Positions 1 to 12,698 of a stretch of 64,000 nucleotides of DNA are shown here, piece after piece. Position 1 is the stretch's first letter; every line of letters starts with the position of its first letter. Position numbers and translations under genes: made by a program. Source of the DNA: Lingula anatina (lineage: Eukaryota; Animalia; Brachiopoda); the NCBI GenBank assembly GCA_051362555.1, contig CM120640.1, forward strand, positions 42,758,788 through 42,822,787, read 5' to 3'. The notes under the pieces are model-generated. The model was not told where the DNA came from. It was given only the letters and a program-made list of their open reading frames with translations, and did not search any database.

Positions 1-3000
1 AATTCTGGGTGTGTTGCTAGTTCTGATGTTGTTATACTGAAATAGGCATTATCATCTTTCTAAGTGCACTCAAACATTTAAGACAAATATATACAAAATC
101 AATTCATTTTGAAATTACTGTTAATTTGAAAACCAACATAAAGGCTACCATTTAATATACATCAAACACCAATTAACAGATTATTTTGGTTTCACAGCAA
201 ACATTTTCTTTTAACAACTCACATCCCATCTGCATTGCTGTCCAATTCTGCAAAAGCCTCTTCAACTTTCTTGGCTTCTTTTTCTGCTTCACGTAGTGAT
301 TTTTCCTCTGAAAGATATAATTTCAGTGTATTTTTCTCATAATGGGGCACATTAAGTGTTAAAGAAACAACAGCAAATATCATTACGCCAGCAATTTAGA
401 ATAAAGATTGTTGTAAAAATGTAATATCTAGCTATTTCAAACTAACAAAAATGTCTCTAACGAGTTTAATTAGAAATATTGACAATTTACCTTCCCAAGC
501 TTTCTGGTGTGCATCTTTTGCTTCTTTTTCAGGCTTTTCTGCCTCATTTTTAATATCTAAAAAATAAATAAATAATAATAAATAAATAATTTAAATGGTA
601 CAAAAAAGCAAACGGATGATATTTTTTAATACAGTGTAACTGCAAAAACTCAGTTTCAGGATTTTTTTTATATGATTACTGTCAGTTGTTAGATTTTAAA
701 AAATATTATTTCTCTTTTATTTCTACCTCCATAAAATATCCTTTACATTTATAACTGCAATCCTTTTATTCCAAGTCAGTAGTACATCTATTAATCTGAT
801 GAGTGGATCTGCTTAACTCATGATTAACATACTTTCTAATTCATTTTTCTTTGCCTCAGCTTCATCTTTTTCTTTTTCTAATGCTTCCAGTCTTGCCTTA
901 AAACAAAAATAAATTTATTTAAAAGACAGAATACACAAGAAAATACCATCTTATAATCTATGTTACTCTGCCAAATTATTAAACAATAACAGATTTTATG
1001 AAGATGAACATTAAAAGGAAATTCAATTTAGTATAGATACATACGTTTGTATATATCCAGTCTACACTATTTTATAGATCTATAGAGAATTAAAATTTCT
1101 TTTTAGTGTTACAACATCAGGGATGCAACTGCCATTTAGTAAAAAAGTCAGAAATTATGGCATGGGGTCCAGGGGGCCACATAGGCTAATTATATTTTTG
1201 GCTCTCACAAAGTCTGAAATTCTGCTGGAAGTCGGAAATTTCTCATCCCTCCTACATATGATCCAATGAAGTTATTAACTTATTTGGATTTATTTTAAAG
1301 AATATCATAATGACTTACAAGTGGGACAGATATAAAAACTCACCCTTTTTTCTGTCTTTGCATCCTTGCCTTGTTTAATATAATCATCCCTGATTTTCAC
1401 CCCTTCCTGCAATAGCTGTTTCATCCTTTCCTGTTCCTCTCTCATTGCCCTCCCCATTTCTCTGAAGTAATACATAAATTACATACATAACAATGACATT
1501 AAGTCACACCACAATGTTGAAATACTTAACTGCACTGTACTGCACAATTTGCCCATATTAAAATATTAAAATGGAACAACTGTATATCTAATGGCTACTA
1601 ATAGCTACGCCTCAATATAATTGCGCTCCTGTATGTCACATAGTACAGTGGACTACTCGCCGTGTAACAAGTACACACAACATTCACTAAATCCATTTGA
1701 TACAGCATAATAAAAACCTTATTGAAATTTTAATGACATCTGAATAATAAACAGCACATAAAAATGGTTTCTGCATTAACACGTTTGATCAATTCACTAA
1801 AGTTCTTCACCTGCATGTATTAACACAAGTAGTTTCTCCTGAGTATTCATCTGTTCCATCACAGCAATCTGTAATAGTATTGAATCATCATTATCAAGTA
1901 TTAACTCTTAAAATTCATCAAATCTAGATAATTACACAAAGTGCTCGATTATTGTTATCATCTAATTTTGGTTAATACTCAGTCAACAATTTGACTTCCA
2001 TCAAATATAAGACTTTTTATAAACAAGAGGTTGCTGGAAAGCATGGAAAATCAATGCAGGAAGTAGCATGCAGAAAAAAGATGAGCAAATTCACAATTTC
2101 AGTGTTTCAAAATAGTTCTTGTATGTTCCTCTATCAAAAGTATCATTTATTTGTTACAACATTAATCAACTGGCTTAAACAAACACACAAACAAACAACC
2201 AAACAAACAAACAAATTGGCAATCAATCATTAAATACATGTATATGGTTCACTTACCACAGATCCCATCATTCACCCTGGAAGATGGCATAGTCAGGGGC
2301 CTGTAGCCAGCATTGGTACAGTGAAAAGACCCATTGGGACAGGCTGACGTACCTGTAAGTAACCAGGTAATCCACAGTCTTGACTTGATATTAAATGTGA
2401 GATTTCTACATGAACAAGGCAGCAAAGCTGTCAAATGTACAGACAAAAAGCAGGAAATAACTATGCACAAAATAGACTACTGTCAATTCTGATGTAAAAG
2501 TACATTATGTTAAACTGCAAATTCAACATCAAATTTTAATTATGCTCAACAGGTAATATCAATGTAAGTAAAATGTGTAACAAGCATAAGGCTTCAGGCC
2601 CATGAGAGTTCAAGTTCACACTTTGAAAATGTATAACTTCCAGAAAAAGAAGCCAATTAGACTGCTTTTCCAACTCAGGCTGCATGCCGATTTTCGAACT
2701 TGACCTGCATTTTAGTAAGATCGATTACTCCTGAGAGTTTCACGACAACAGGCCTATCAGTTTTCCTTGAAATGTGTTTACACTGTTGCATATATGTTGA
2801 AAAGTGAAAAAAAAGCATAACTTCTACAATAATGGCCCGATCATCCTGATTTTCGAACTTGAGCTGCGTTTTATGAATATTCATCAGCTCTATAAATATA
2901 AAGCCCAAAAGTAAAACTGCCTTCCACTTATCGTGCTTACAATGAAAGTGCAAGGCGCCTGCGCTGGCGATGACGGCGACGACAGATGCAAGTGATGGCA

Positions 3001-5119
3001 ATATGTACAGACACATTTATATATATTTACTGTACTGTTTGAGAACAGTAATTGAAATGGTTTTTCTTAAATGGTCATCATGGGAGCAGTGCCCAAATTA
3101 GGTTTTTTTCAAATTTTGATGCAATATTACATAATTTTTAACAGCATAATGCCCATCAATTTTTAATAATAAAATATTAGTATCATGGATATTCAGAAAA
3201 TGTGACTAGCAAAGGTCTTCAGGCCCATGGAACTTCAAAGTCACAACTTGAAAATGCCAAAATGTAAACAAGACAGCACTGTTCTGAAATGGGTTTATTT
3301 CCATTTTTAACAATTTTTAACATAAAAGAAAATTAACAGTTTACTGCCATTTTTATATGATCAACGAAGAAAATTGATGAAATGGGAAAAATATCAATAG
3401 AGCAGTGTTAAATGTCCAATTTCTTCCATTCTGAGATTCTGAACATAGTGAATGATTCAATCTGACAAACTGCAATGATATGAGTTTATTTCCATTTTTG
3501 AAACTTTATTACACAATACACAATAACAAGTTTACCATCATTTTTACAAAATCAACTAACAATGTTGTAAAGATGCAGGAAATGTCAAAAAAACACTTTT
3601 ACATATCTTATTAATTAAATAATGAAACTGTTAACATGCCTAAGAATTGAATCTAAGGAAATGTAAAAAACAGCAAAACTTCTAAAATAATGGCCCGATT
3701 ATGCTGATTTTTGAACTTAACCTGCGTTTTAGCAGGATTGACCACTCCTGTGAATTTAATGACAATTGGCCTATCTGTTTTTCTTATATTGTGTTTACAG
3801 TGTTGCATATATGCTGAAAAGTGAAAAAAGGCATAACTACTAAAATAGTGGCCCGATCATGCCAATTTTCGAACTTGACCTGCGTTTTAGTAAGATCAAT
3901 TCTTCCTGTGAGTTTCATGACAACAGGCCTATCGGTTTTGGTTGAATTGTGTTTACAGTGTTGCATATATGCTGAAAAGTGAAAAAACAGCATAACTTCT
4001 ACAATAATGGCCCGGTCATGCTGATTTTCGAACTTGACCTGCATTTTATGAATATTCATCAGCTCTGTAAATATAAAGCCAAAAAGTAAAACTGCCTTCC
4101 ACTTATCGTGTTTACAAGGAAAGTGCACGGCGCCGACGGCGACAGCGACGGCGACGACAGACGCAGGTGATGGCAATATGTACAGACACATCTGTGTCTG
4201 TACATAAAAATGTGATCATCAGTAGACATGCTTAAGCATATTTTAACAGAATTTTGACAAGTTTTGAAGTCAAAGAAGAAAAATCAAAAATAGTATTTGC
4301 TATTAATAACTTCCATGATTTAGCTATTAGCAATAAACATGCATTGAAATATCATGTCTGAAAACAAATTTATAGGCAAACCTATGTCCACCCACTCATA
4401 CATGATTGTTTTTATAGCTCATGATCGTATTTATGTGGTATGTGTATGTGCATGATGCATGTATGTATATACATGCATACATACATATACATGGACTGTG
4501 ATAAAATCCCACAGCAATCAACTCACCTGGTTCATCTGAGCCATCTTTACAGTCACAGTAGTCATCATTTATTTGTGAATATGGAATAGTATCAGAATTA
4601 TCAAAACAAGTAAAACTATCTCCAGGTTTATAAAGGGATGATTCTGAAAAAATAAAAAATAAATTGTTGCCAACAACAGTGTCTATTTAATCAATAAAAC
4701 TCTACAGCTGAACATTTCTTTATTCCAAAGAACATACAGTAAAAGAATATGTAATTCACTTGAAATTTGCTGACTGTGTCATATGCTTTAGATACAAAAT
4801 AGAAATCCTAAAAATGTTCATGTCTTCTGAGGAACTTTTAGGAATATATTAGTCTATGACACAGCAGTAACCATTAACTTATACACCCCACTGCTAGCTT
4901 CAGTCGGGCTCAACTCAAGTTATCAAACAATGAAATCTATGGAGCATGCTCCCTTAAATGCAAGTACTCACTTGAAATAGATACTCCTCTTGGTCTATCG
5001 ACTTTAGCTTGAGATAAAGATAACAACAAAATATTTATCAGAATTAACTGTCCTGTTTTACATAAACTGCAAAGCATTCTCGACCCAAGGCTAACAACGT
5101 GCCCCCTTTTGGCAGCCAT
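1..5119 (-). CDS. PRKCSH: Glucosidase II beta subunit, 5' part; the gene continues beyond position 1
   Basis: GT-AG exons 5119-4972, 4643-4527, 2352-2257, 1868-1811, 1461-1344, 896-833, 556-491, 307-223 and 36-1 splice in frame. They give a signal-peptide-like N-terminus, then [78 protein letters not shown], a coiled coil and an EF-hand (LDSNADG). Confidence 0.95.
1118..1251. mobile_element. Possible degenerate hAT-type MITE in a PRKCSH intron
   Basis: Ends CAGGGATG...CATCCCTC are inverted, with an internal GGGGTCCAGGGGGCC block. No convincing TSD. Confidence 0.35.
2579..3016 (+). mobile_element. Helentron/HINE (pearl/DINE-like) non-autonomous element, copy A (short, 3' hairpin truncated)
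   Basis: Starts AACAAG..CTTCAGGCCCATG, has ~1.5 core units and a GACG/GGCG-rich microsatellite, and ends GATGGCAATATGTACAGACACAT. Highly similar to 3205-4210. Confidence 0.6.
3205..4210 (+). mobile_element. Helentron/HINE-like element, copy B (apparently complete)
   Basis: Same 5' block (CTTCAGGCCCATG). Three ~159-bp tandem cores (AACTTCTAMAATAATGGCCCG-like at ~3677, ~3835, ~3995), a GACGGCGAC microsatellite, a perfect 14-bp hairpin TATGTACAGACACA-TC-TGTGTCTGTACATA (4177-4206), then an A-tract. Confidence 0.7.
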
Positions 5120-5149
5120 ATTGGTATACTGTGACAAAATGGCAAGTCT

Positions 5150-5311
5150 TGATTGGCTAAATCAGAACGAGACGATAGGGAATCCCCGGAAAACCCCCAT
5201 GAAAACGCTGCAATGGTGTTATTGTGTAAACGCAGAGGAATAGGTTCAGTGGTGGGAAATAACTTGTCTTGTTTTTAGCGAAAACAGGATCGAATGATAT
5301 TACGTAATATC
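5150..5311 (-). promoter_or_regulatory. PRKCSH proximal promoter motifs
   Basis: CCAAT box (GATTGG at 5151), tandem kB-like sites GGGAATCCCC and GGAAAACCCC (5178-5197), and the palindrome GATATTACGTAATATC (5296-5311). Confidence 0.45.
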
Positions 5312-5923
5312 GTCTCTTGGTGCCATTCGTGGAGCTTTACAATTATATGATTCATGTAACGTTATCATTAGTAAAAGAGGTACAGTAGGCCTACTGGAAA
5401 TAGATATAAAGGCCCCTACGAACACAATCTTTCGACTTCATGACTGCTCGTGAGCGACTTTTTTTTTTAGTAAAATCATGTTTTTGTGCATTCTTCCATT
5501 TATTTATGATGGCTAAAACGAATAGTGATTATTTTCTCCAAGATACACCTAATTTCGTAAGTCTGTTATAATTAGCACTGCACTCCCCCTTTCATTCTAA
5601 AGAAAACACTTAGTCCCAAGTTTTAGTTGTATCGAATCCTCTTCATACATGTATAATAAAACCAGAGTTAAATATCTCATAACCCCAAACTTCAAGTAGA
5701 TTTATTTATTTTTAATTAAAACATTTGTGTTTCAACATATTTTTTCTAAAAATATTCCATGATGACAGTGCAATTAATCATGAAACCAGCATGACTTACT
5801 TGGGATAAACAAGTACGACTATACAAACAAAAGAAATATTGATTCTAAAGATGCCCCGACGTTTTGTGCTTGATGAAAGTACTTATTTCAATACTAATTA
5901 AATTTGCAAACCCGATTAAAACC

Positions 5924-8567
5924 GTCCGGTTGCTTAGGGCAAAAAAATGGCCAAATCGTGACACAGCGGATAAAAGCACCAAATTTTGCATGTGGGTACC
6001 TTTTGACATACTAAATCAAATTAGAGCCGTAGCCCACGGAAAAAATTTACCGTTTGGCCAAAAAATCCAAAATGGCCGCCAATTTGTGAAATTTTGTAGA
6101 AATATATACATATCTATGTTGATTTTTATCAAATTAAGTATTTTCTCAATGTTTTCCACATCCTTATTACCCATATTATGCATATGTGTCAGATAACAAA
6201 CTAGTGTCCTTGGACTTATTGAAAAATCCAAGATGGCCGCCGTATGGCATAGGAATACTAGAACATGTACAAGGGTTTTCAACTAACTAATGCCAACTAG
6301 GAAGATGCATTGCCCACTAACTAATTAATTTTGTTTCTTATTACACAAATAATATCTTTGTGGGGAGTAACCAACCTTTATTCATAGGCAATTCGAGAAA
6401 AATCCAAGATGGCCCCCATATCAAAGGAATACTAGTATACACATAGGGCTTCTTCTGCCATGGAGATATAATATTAATTGTTAAATTAGGTTTGTTTCTG
6501 AGTATTTTCCACATCTTTTTAATTAACATAATACATATGTGATGAGAATGTTATGTGTATCCTTTTTGAAAACAAAACAAAACAAAATGGCTGCCATTAG
6601 CCGTAGAAGGTGGGGTTCAGTTAATACCTGCGAGAGATAGGCTTACAAATAAAATGAAGCTGAATTCAGTTGTTATTCTTTTTTTTTTAGTATTATTATC
6701 CCATGACACATATCTGTTAGGTAATTAATGTCCATATTTTATCATTTGGGGGAAATCCAAGATGGCCTTCTTTCCTCATAGGAAAACTGGTGCATTAGAT
6801 TTTATAGGCACTTCTAAGGCAAATGAGGGTAATCATGATATTTTTTCAAAATACTTAAGGGTATACACTTGTTACCCACCAGATAGATATCTAAAAGTCC
6901 AAAAAGAATGTGGGAAATACCGAGAAACAAAATTCATTTTATATTGAACCCAATGTTTCTCTGGCAGTAGTTGACTGTACTATTCCTATTGTGAATTGCA
7001 GCAATCTTGAATTTTCTCAAATACGCAAGATGCACACTTGCTACACACCAGATTTATAAAGAGTAAGGTTAATAAGGATGTCAACATGTTTAAACATCAA
7101 ACGGCTTTATTTGAACTGTTCTATTAATTGACACCTATGTGCATTTGAATGATATATTCCTATGACAACTGGCAGCTATCTTGGGTTTTCTCCGAATAAT
7201 ACTCAAGGATACATACACTTTCAAAACACACAGAGTCTTTCATAAGGATAAATAGGATATGAAAAACATTTAAAAACGACCCAAAGTTAACTACATTTAA
7301 ATCGTACTCAGTGTATCTCTAGCATTATTTGATTATGTGTTCGAATATTCTAATGACAAAAGGCAGACATCTTGAATTTTTTCAGAATACCCAAAGATAC
7401 ACACATGCTACAGACCAGGTATACATCATAGGGGTAATAATAAATGGAATGAAAAACATAAATTATTTTTAAAACAAACCCATGGAAATGTAATTGTATA
7501 ATGAACCATATGCCTCTCTAGCAGCAATTGAAACCCACCCATTAGTATTCCTATGTTAAATTGTAGGTATCTTTTTCTCAGATCCAAGGATGCACACTAT
7601 TTACCCACCAGATATATATCATAGGACTAATAAGGATGGGCAAAACTTGATAAGCAAACACAAATTCACCCTGGTAGTAGATGAAAAGCCATGGATGTGC
7701 AGTTGTAATTCCTATGGCCAGTGACGGCCATCTTGGGTTTTCTCAAAATGATCAAATGTGCACATTTATTACCTGCTAGATATGTATCACAGTGTAATAA
7801 TAATGTGTAAAACACTAAAAAAATAAACTGAATTTGATAGTGAATTAGCTGGCATTAGTTCCAACCCTTTGTAATACTAGAAGTATTCCTATTACATATG
7901 ACGGCCATCTTGGATTTTCTCAAAATGCCCAAGAATACTGTTAGTTACTAACCACATACATATTGTGTGGGTAGAAAGGATGTGGAAAACACTCAGAAAC
8001 CAGCTTAATTTGATAGTGAAAAACTAATCTTTCCAGTTGCCATTAGTTGAATCCCCCGTATACTAGAATTCCTGTGGCACATGGCAGCCATCTTGGATTT
8101 TCCAAAATGCCCAAGAACACTTCGTAGTTACTCACCACAAACATATTATGTGGGTAACAAAGATCTGAGAAACAGACTTAATTTGATAGTGGACAACGTA
8201 TCGTTCTAGCTGGTAATAGTTGTGCACTAGTATTCCTATGGCTGTTTCTATGGCAAATGACAGCCATCTTGGATTTTTTCAAGAAGTCCAAGGGAACTTG
8301 TTTGTTATCTGACATATATGAATAAAATGGGTAATAAGGGTGTGGAAAACTCTGAGAAAATAATTTATTTGATAAAAATCAACATAGGTATGTACATATT
8401 TCTAAAGAATTCAATAAATTGGCGGCCATTTTGGATTTTTTGGCCAAACGGTAAATTTTTTCCGTGGGCTACGGCTCTAATTTGATTTAGAATGTCAAAA
8501 GGTACCCACATGCAAAATTTGGTGCTTTTATCCGCCGTGTCACGATTTTTTCCTTAAGCCACCGGAC
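5924..8567. mobile_element. Non-autonomous foldback DNA transposon with ~340-bp TIRs and internal repeat arrays (possibly Academ-like)
   Basis: 5924-~6260 (GTCCGGTTGCTTAGGG..AAAAGCACCAAATTTTGCATGTGGGTACC..CAAAATGGCCGCCAATT) is the near-exact reverse complement of ~8228-8567. The interior holds ~180-bp degenerate units and no transposase ORF. Confidence 0.88.
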
Positions 8568-8648
8568 AAAAAACAGTAAGTACCTACTACCAAACACAAA
8601 TGACAAAAAGTTTACTTGCATTAAAGTAGAAATGATTTAGTACATGTA

Positions 8649-8652
<4 letters not shown>

Positions 8653-8740
<88 letters not shown>
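8653..8740. repeat. (TA)n microsatellite
   Basis: About 44 uninterrupted TA units. Confidence 0.98.
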
Positions 8741-8743
<3 letters not shown>

Positions 8744-8907
8744 GCCCTTTGTTGATGCAACTGCAACGCGTAAGTAAAAGCTTTTAATAGGTTTTGGTCA
8801 AAATAAGCCAGTGGATAATAAATAATCTTGTCACATGAATATGAATTAAAATATACTCGTAAGTACGGACAACGTATGGAGATACCTGTAATATTCTGCA
8901 CGTCTAC

Positions 8908-8923
8908 CCATCTCGCGAGATGG
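8908..8923. promoter_or_regulatory. TCTCGCGAGA palindrome upstream of the P450
   Basis: Perfect 16-bp palindrome CCATCTCGCGAGATGG, ~185 bp upstream of the ATG in a locally CpG-rich stretch. The core is the known TCTCGCGAGA promoter motif. Confidence 0.45.
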
Positions 8924-9107
8924 AACGCCAGCTTATACGCAGCGTAATTTCTCAACCTGTACATAAATTTACATCTGAAAATAAGTAATTTGCCGATTCA
9001 GTGGATCGTATGGCCTACTTATAGGCTCAGTTGACCACAAGACTGTCCTTTGCCAAGAAGACGACATACAGCGGACACGCACTATCTAAATTTACAGTAC
9101 ATAAGCG

Positions 9108-11337
9108 ATGCAGGCGTTCGTACACGCATGGGGTTATTATTCTGGCATTTTGTCGGCATTTTTGTGTTTATTTTTATTCATTTTGTCAGCAGTGTTTATA
9201 AGAAGAAGAAATGCACGTAACTTTCCCCCTGGACCACTGGGGCTCCCAGTTGTGGGAGTACTCCCCTTTTTAGGGAAGGACCCTCAGAGTACGTTAATGC
9301 AATGGGCAAAAAGGTATGGAGAGGTATTCAGCGTAAATCTTGGAGGCAACACAGTAGTAGTACTAAATGGTGTTGAAGCTGTCCGGGATGCTTTTCAGAG
9401 AAATGCAACAGTTTTTGCTGGACGACCACGAATACCCTCTTTCGACTTTTTGCATCACCGAGGTAAGCGGTTTCTGAGGAGGAGGGGGGGGGGGGGGGGG
9501 AGTGGAGGAGGGGATGCACAACAGTGCGCTTTATTTTGGTTAAATACAGAAGATCATTGTTATTCTTTGTATTTGTATTTATGTGTCTTAGTTTAACAAA
9601 TTCAGTAACAATTATTATTATTAGTATTATTCTTTGTACTGTCAAGATAGACAAAATGACAACCAGGAGGGGATAAGTCACGGTACAAAATGTATCCCGG
9701 TAGCTCGTTGTTGTCATATAAGAAAAGTGTTCGTTTCATTACTCTCGTCGCCGTAAATCGTTTGACAAGTTTAAAGATATAGAAATGATATCCATTATTT
9801 TAACGAAGTACAGGTATGTCTGAAAAAAATTATAAAAGCATAACCCCACTTCTTCCTTCGGGTTTTCTAGGAATTATCTCTGCAGATTATGGTCCGGCAT
9901 GGCAAGCTCACAGAGAATTCCTGATGCGTTACCTTCGTGGTACTGATGAAGACAAACTGGAAGAAAAAATAAATCGAGAAATAGACACTCTGATTGAGTT
10001 TTTACGACATAAAAACAAATCCAAGTTCAATTGTTCTGAGACATTAATGATTTCCGTTGCAAATATACTTATGTCAGTGTTATTTGGGGACCGCTTCGAT
10101 TACGATAATCCGATGTTAAAAGAACTCATAAGATCTATTCACCGATCTGCAGAACTTAGTAATGAATCAAGTGTCATGAATTTCATTCCAATATTACGTT
10201 TCCTTCCACAGTGCATCGAAAGAAACAAGGAAGTAGATAATCTGTGTAACATAGTAGGCAATATACAAAGAAATCACGCAGAGATATATTGCGAAGGTGT
10301 CACCAGAGGACTAATGGATGCGTACACTAAAGAAAGCATGCAGCGCACTACAGCAAAGAGTGGTTTCTTTAATGAGAAAGAACTTGTCACACTTCTTGTT
10401 GATGTCATTATTGCTGGGACTGAGTCGACAGCAACAACCCTTTCTTGGGGAATACTTTTCCTCCTTCACAATCCCAAAGTCCAGCAAAATGTTCAGTCAG
10501 AACTAGACGAAGTCATTGGTAAACGACGCCCTACTCTGGCAGACAAGCCAAACCTTCCTTACACTAACGCAACCCTTATGGAAATACAACGATGTAATTA
10601 TGTATTTCCTTTGGGGGTGCTTCACAGTACAACAAAGGACATAGAATTTCGAGGCCACAGGATCCCTAAGGGTTGTTGGATCCTTGCTAATTTCTGGTCA
10701 GTTATGATGAATGATGATGTGTATCCAAATCCGAGGGAATTCCGCCCTGAAAGGTTCCTTGGGGACTCTGGTAAATTACAACCACATGATGCTTTTCTCC
10801 CCTTTTCAGCTGGTAAGTTTGGTTCCTTAATGGCTTACATTGTATCACAACACTGCATACAGAAAAGCTGCGACTGGTACTTGTCAGTGCTAAAAATACC
10901 TGGCAAAAGGTTTGTTTACATTACATTTTGTATTTGTGACAGTCATTTTTTAATGAGTCAGGCCCATAGGCAGGGCAGTGGGGTTTTGAAAGAACTGTTC
11001 TTATAGCAGGAAAGGTCCACTCTGGATCAAAATGTGTTCTAGGTTCCAAGCCATTTCTCAAGTTGGGTTAACTAAGGTGTAAAAAGTTCCACTTTTTCAG
11101 GAAAAGGGAACCCCTTTCAGAATAGCCTTAAGTCATTTCCATTTTTGGTTTTCAGGAAAGCGGTCCTGTGCAGGAGAACTCTTAGCAAGGCAACAACTCT
11201 TTCTAATGTTTACCCATCTACTTCAAGCCTTTACATTCCAATTGCCAGAGGGAAGTGTTCTGCCAAAGTTAGAGGGCTCAACAGGGATCACCTACCAGCC
11301 TCCAAAGTTTGATGTGTGTGCCCATTTGAGGTTTTGA
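9108..11337 (+). CDS. Cytochrome P450, CYP2 clan (~492 aa, 3 exons)
   Basis: Exons 9108-9462, 9871-10812 and 11156-11337. N-terminal TM anchor, PPGPLGLPVVG, I-helix AGTESTATTL, K-helix EIQR, FRPERF, and heme motif FSAGKRSCAG formed across the last junction. Confidence 0.95.
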
Positions 11338-11697
11338 ATTACAAGTATAAATATTTCTAAAAAATATTTTATTAGCAGGAGATAAAAAAATAACGTGACC
11401 AATATAGTCTTAAAAACATTTTGATAAGGATGTATTTCCATTCATATGACACCTATGGAAAGTTTGAAAAGATCTGTAACTGGATGTCACTTGGTCCTCT
11501 TTGGCACAATTAACTGTTTTTACTTTTCTCTTCAACAGGAATAAGTGTAACCCTGTATAAAAGGGAATTGGGGCATATCATTGAAACACCTAACATAAAA
11601 TGCTATAAACAAAAGAAAAATTAAAGTTAGCAAGACCATACATATTGTTCTTGGTAGTCAGCCAGGTAAGAAGAGAACATAGCACCGAGATGGAACC

Positions 11698-11895
11698 TTA
11701 ACTGAAGTCTGGAAAAATGTATTCATCGTATACCATGGTTGCTTGCACGATGTTTTCTACCATGTATTCAGGAATGCACTGTTTGATAAAGTCTACAGTC
11801 AGCTGATATAATTGAGATTCTTTGTCCAAAGGTTTGCAGATATTCAGATGATCCGTGTCAATTTTGTAATACTCTCCAAATCCAGGATCTGGAAG

Positions 11896-11931
<36 letters not shown>

Positions 11932-12656
11932 TTAATAATAATAATAATAAACTGTTTATCTTTACTACACACAAATAAAGTGGTCCCATGCAATAAGGCT
12001 TAACTTATTTTTCCCATTTATATAGTAGATTGTTTATATACAACAATAACCTAGGCCTGATATAGTGTATCAATAATCAAGGCAAAAAACTGAGAAAAAT
12101 ATATACTTACTACTTGAAGTTTCTGGAACTACAACAGATGTGTATGTTCCCAATTTAGGGCTTTTCAGCAATTCTGTTTCTTGGGTTTCTCCAAAGCTCC
12201 GACACAAAATTTTGTGATTCTCTGCAACTTGCTTAAAATCCTCATTGAGGGCATTTAATTTCTCTGAGCCTACAAAAGAAGATGGAAAAAGACTACAAGC
12301 AACTCTCATCCTTCACTGTGTCTTTGCTGCACCATGTACCAAATGACCATACATTTTATTTCTTATTTTTACCAAAGCCAGAGAACTGATGATTGTAATG
12401 CATAGTATTTAATAAAGTCTGTATCTATATATATAAATGCAATTAAGAGGCATCATATATATGACATACCTAACTTCAATTCTTGAACTTCAACTGATGG
12501 CTGCAGAATATACCTCCATTGTGTGGATGTGGCAGCCAAGGAGGCACCAAAGTGAGGCGTGCTGTAAAATATCACGCCCTTCGTATTCTTTAAAAGCTTA
12601 CTCATACTGGGATGTTCTCTAGCAAACACTTGCATCTGTTTGATTAAAAGACCTGA

Positions 12657-12698
<42 letters not shown>

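Noticed and set aside
2675-4191. Two similar minus-strand ORFs (113 and 135 aa, MCLYILPS...) as a duplicated small gene
   Set aside because: They lie inside the repeat elements, follow the tandem core, and show no recognisable protein motif.
5864-6947. ORFs in the foldback element as a transposase
   Set aside because: Short, no DDE or other catalytic motifs, and derived from TIR/repeat sequence.
10959-11128. Possible MITE in CYP intron 2 (CAGGCCCATAGG...TAGCCT)
   Set aside because: Termini too degenerate and no TSD.
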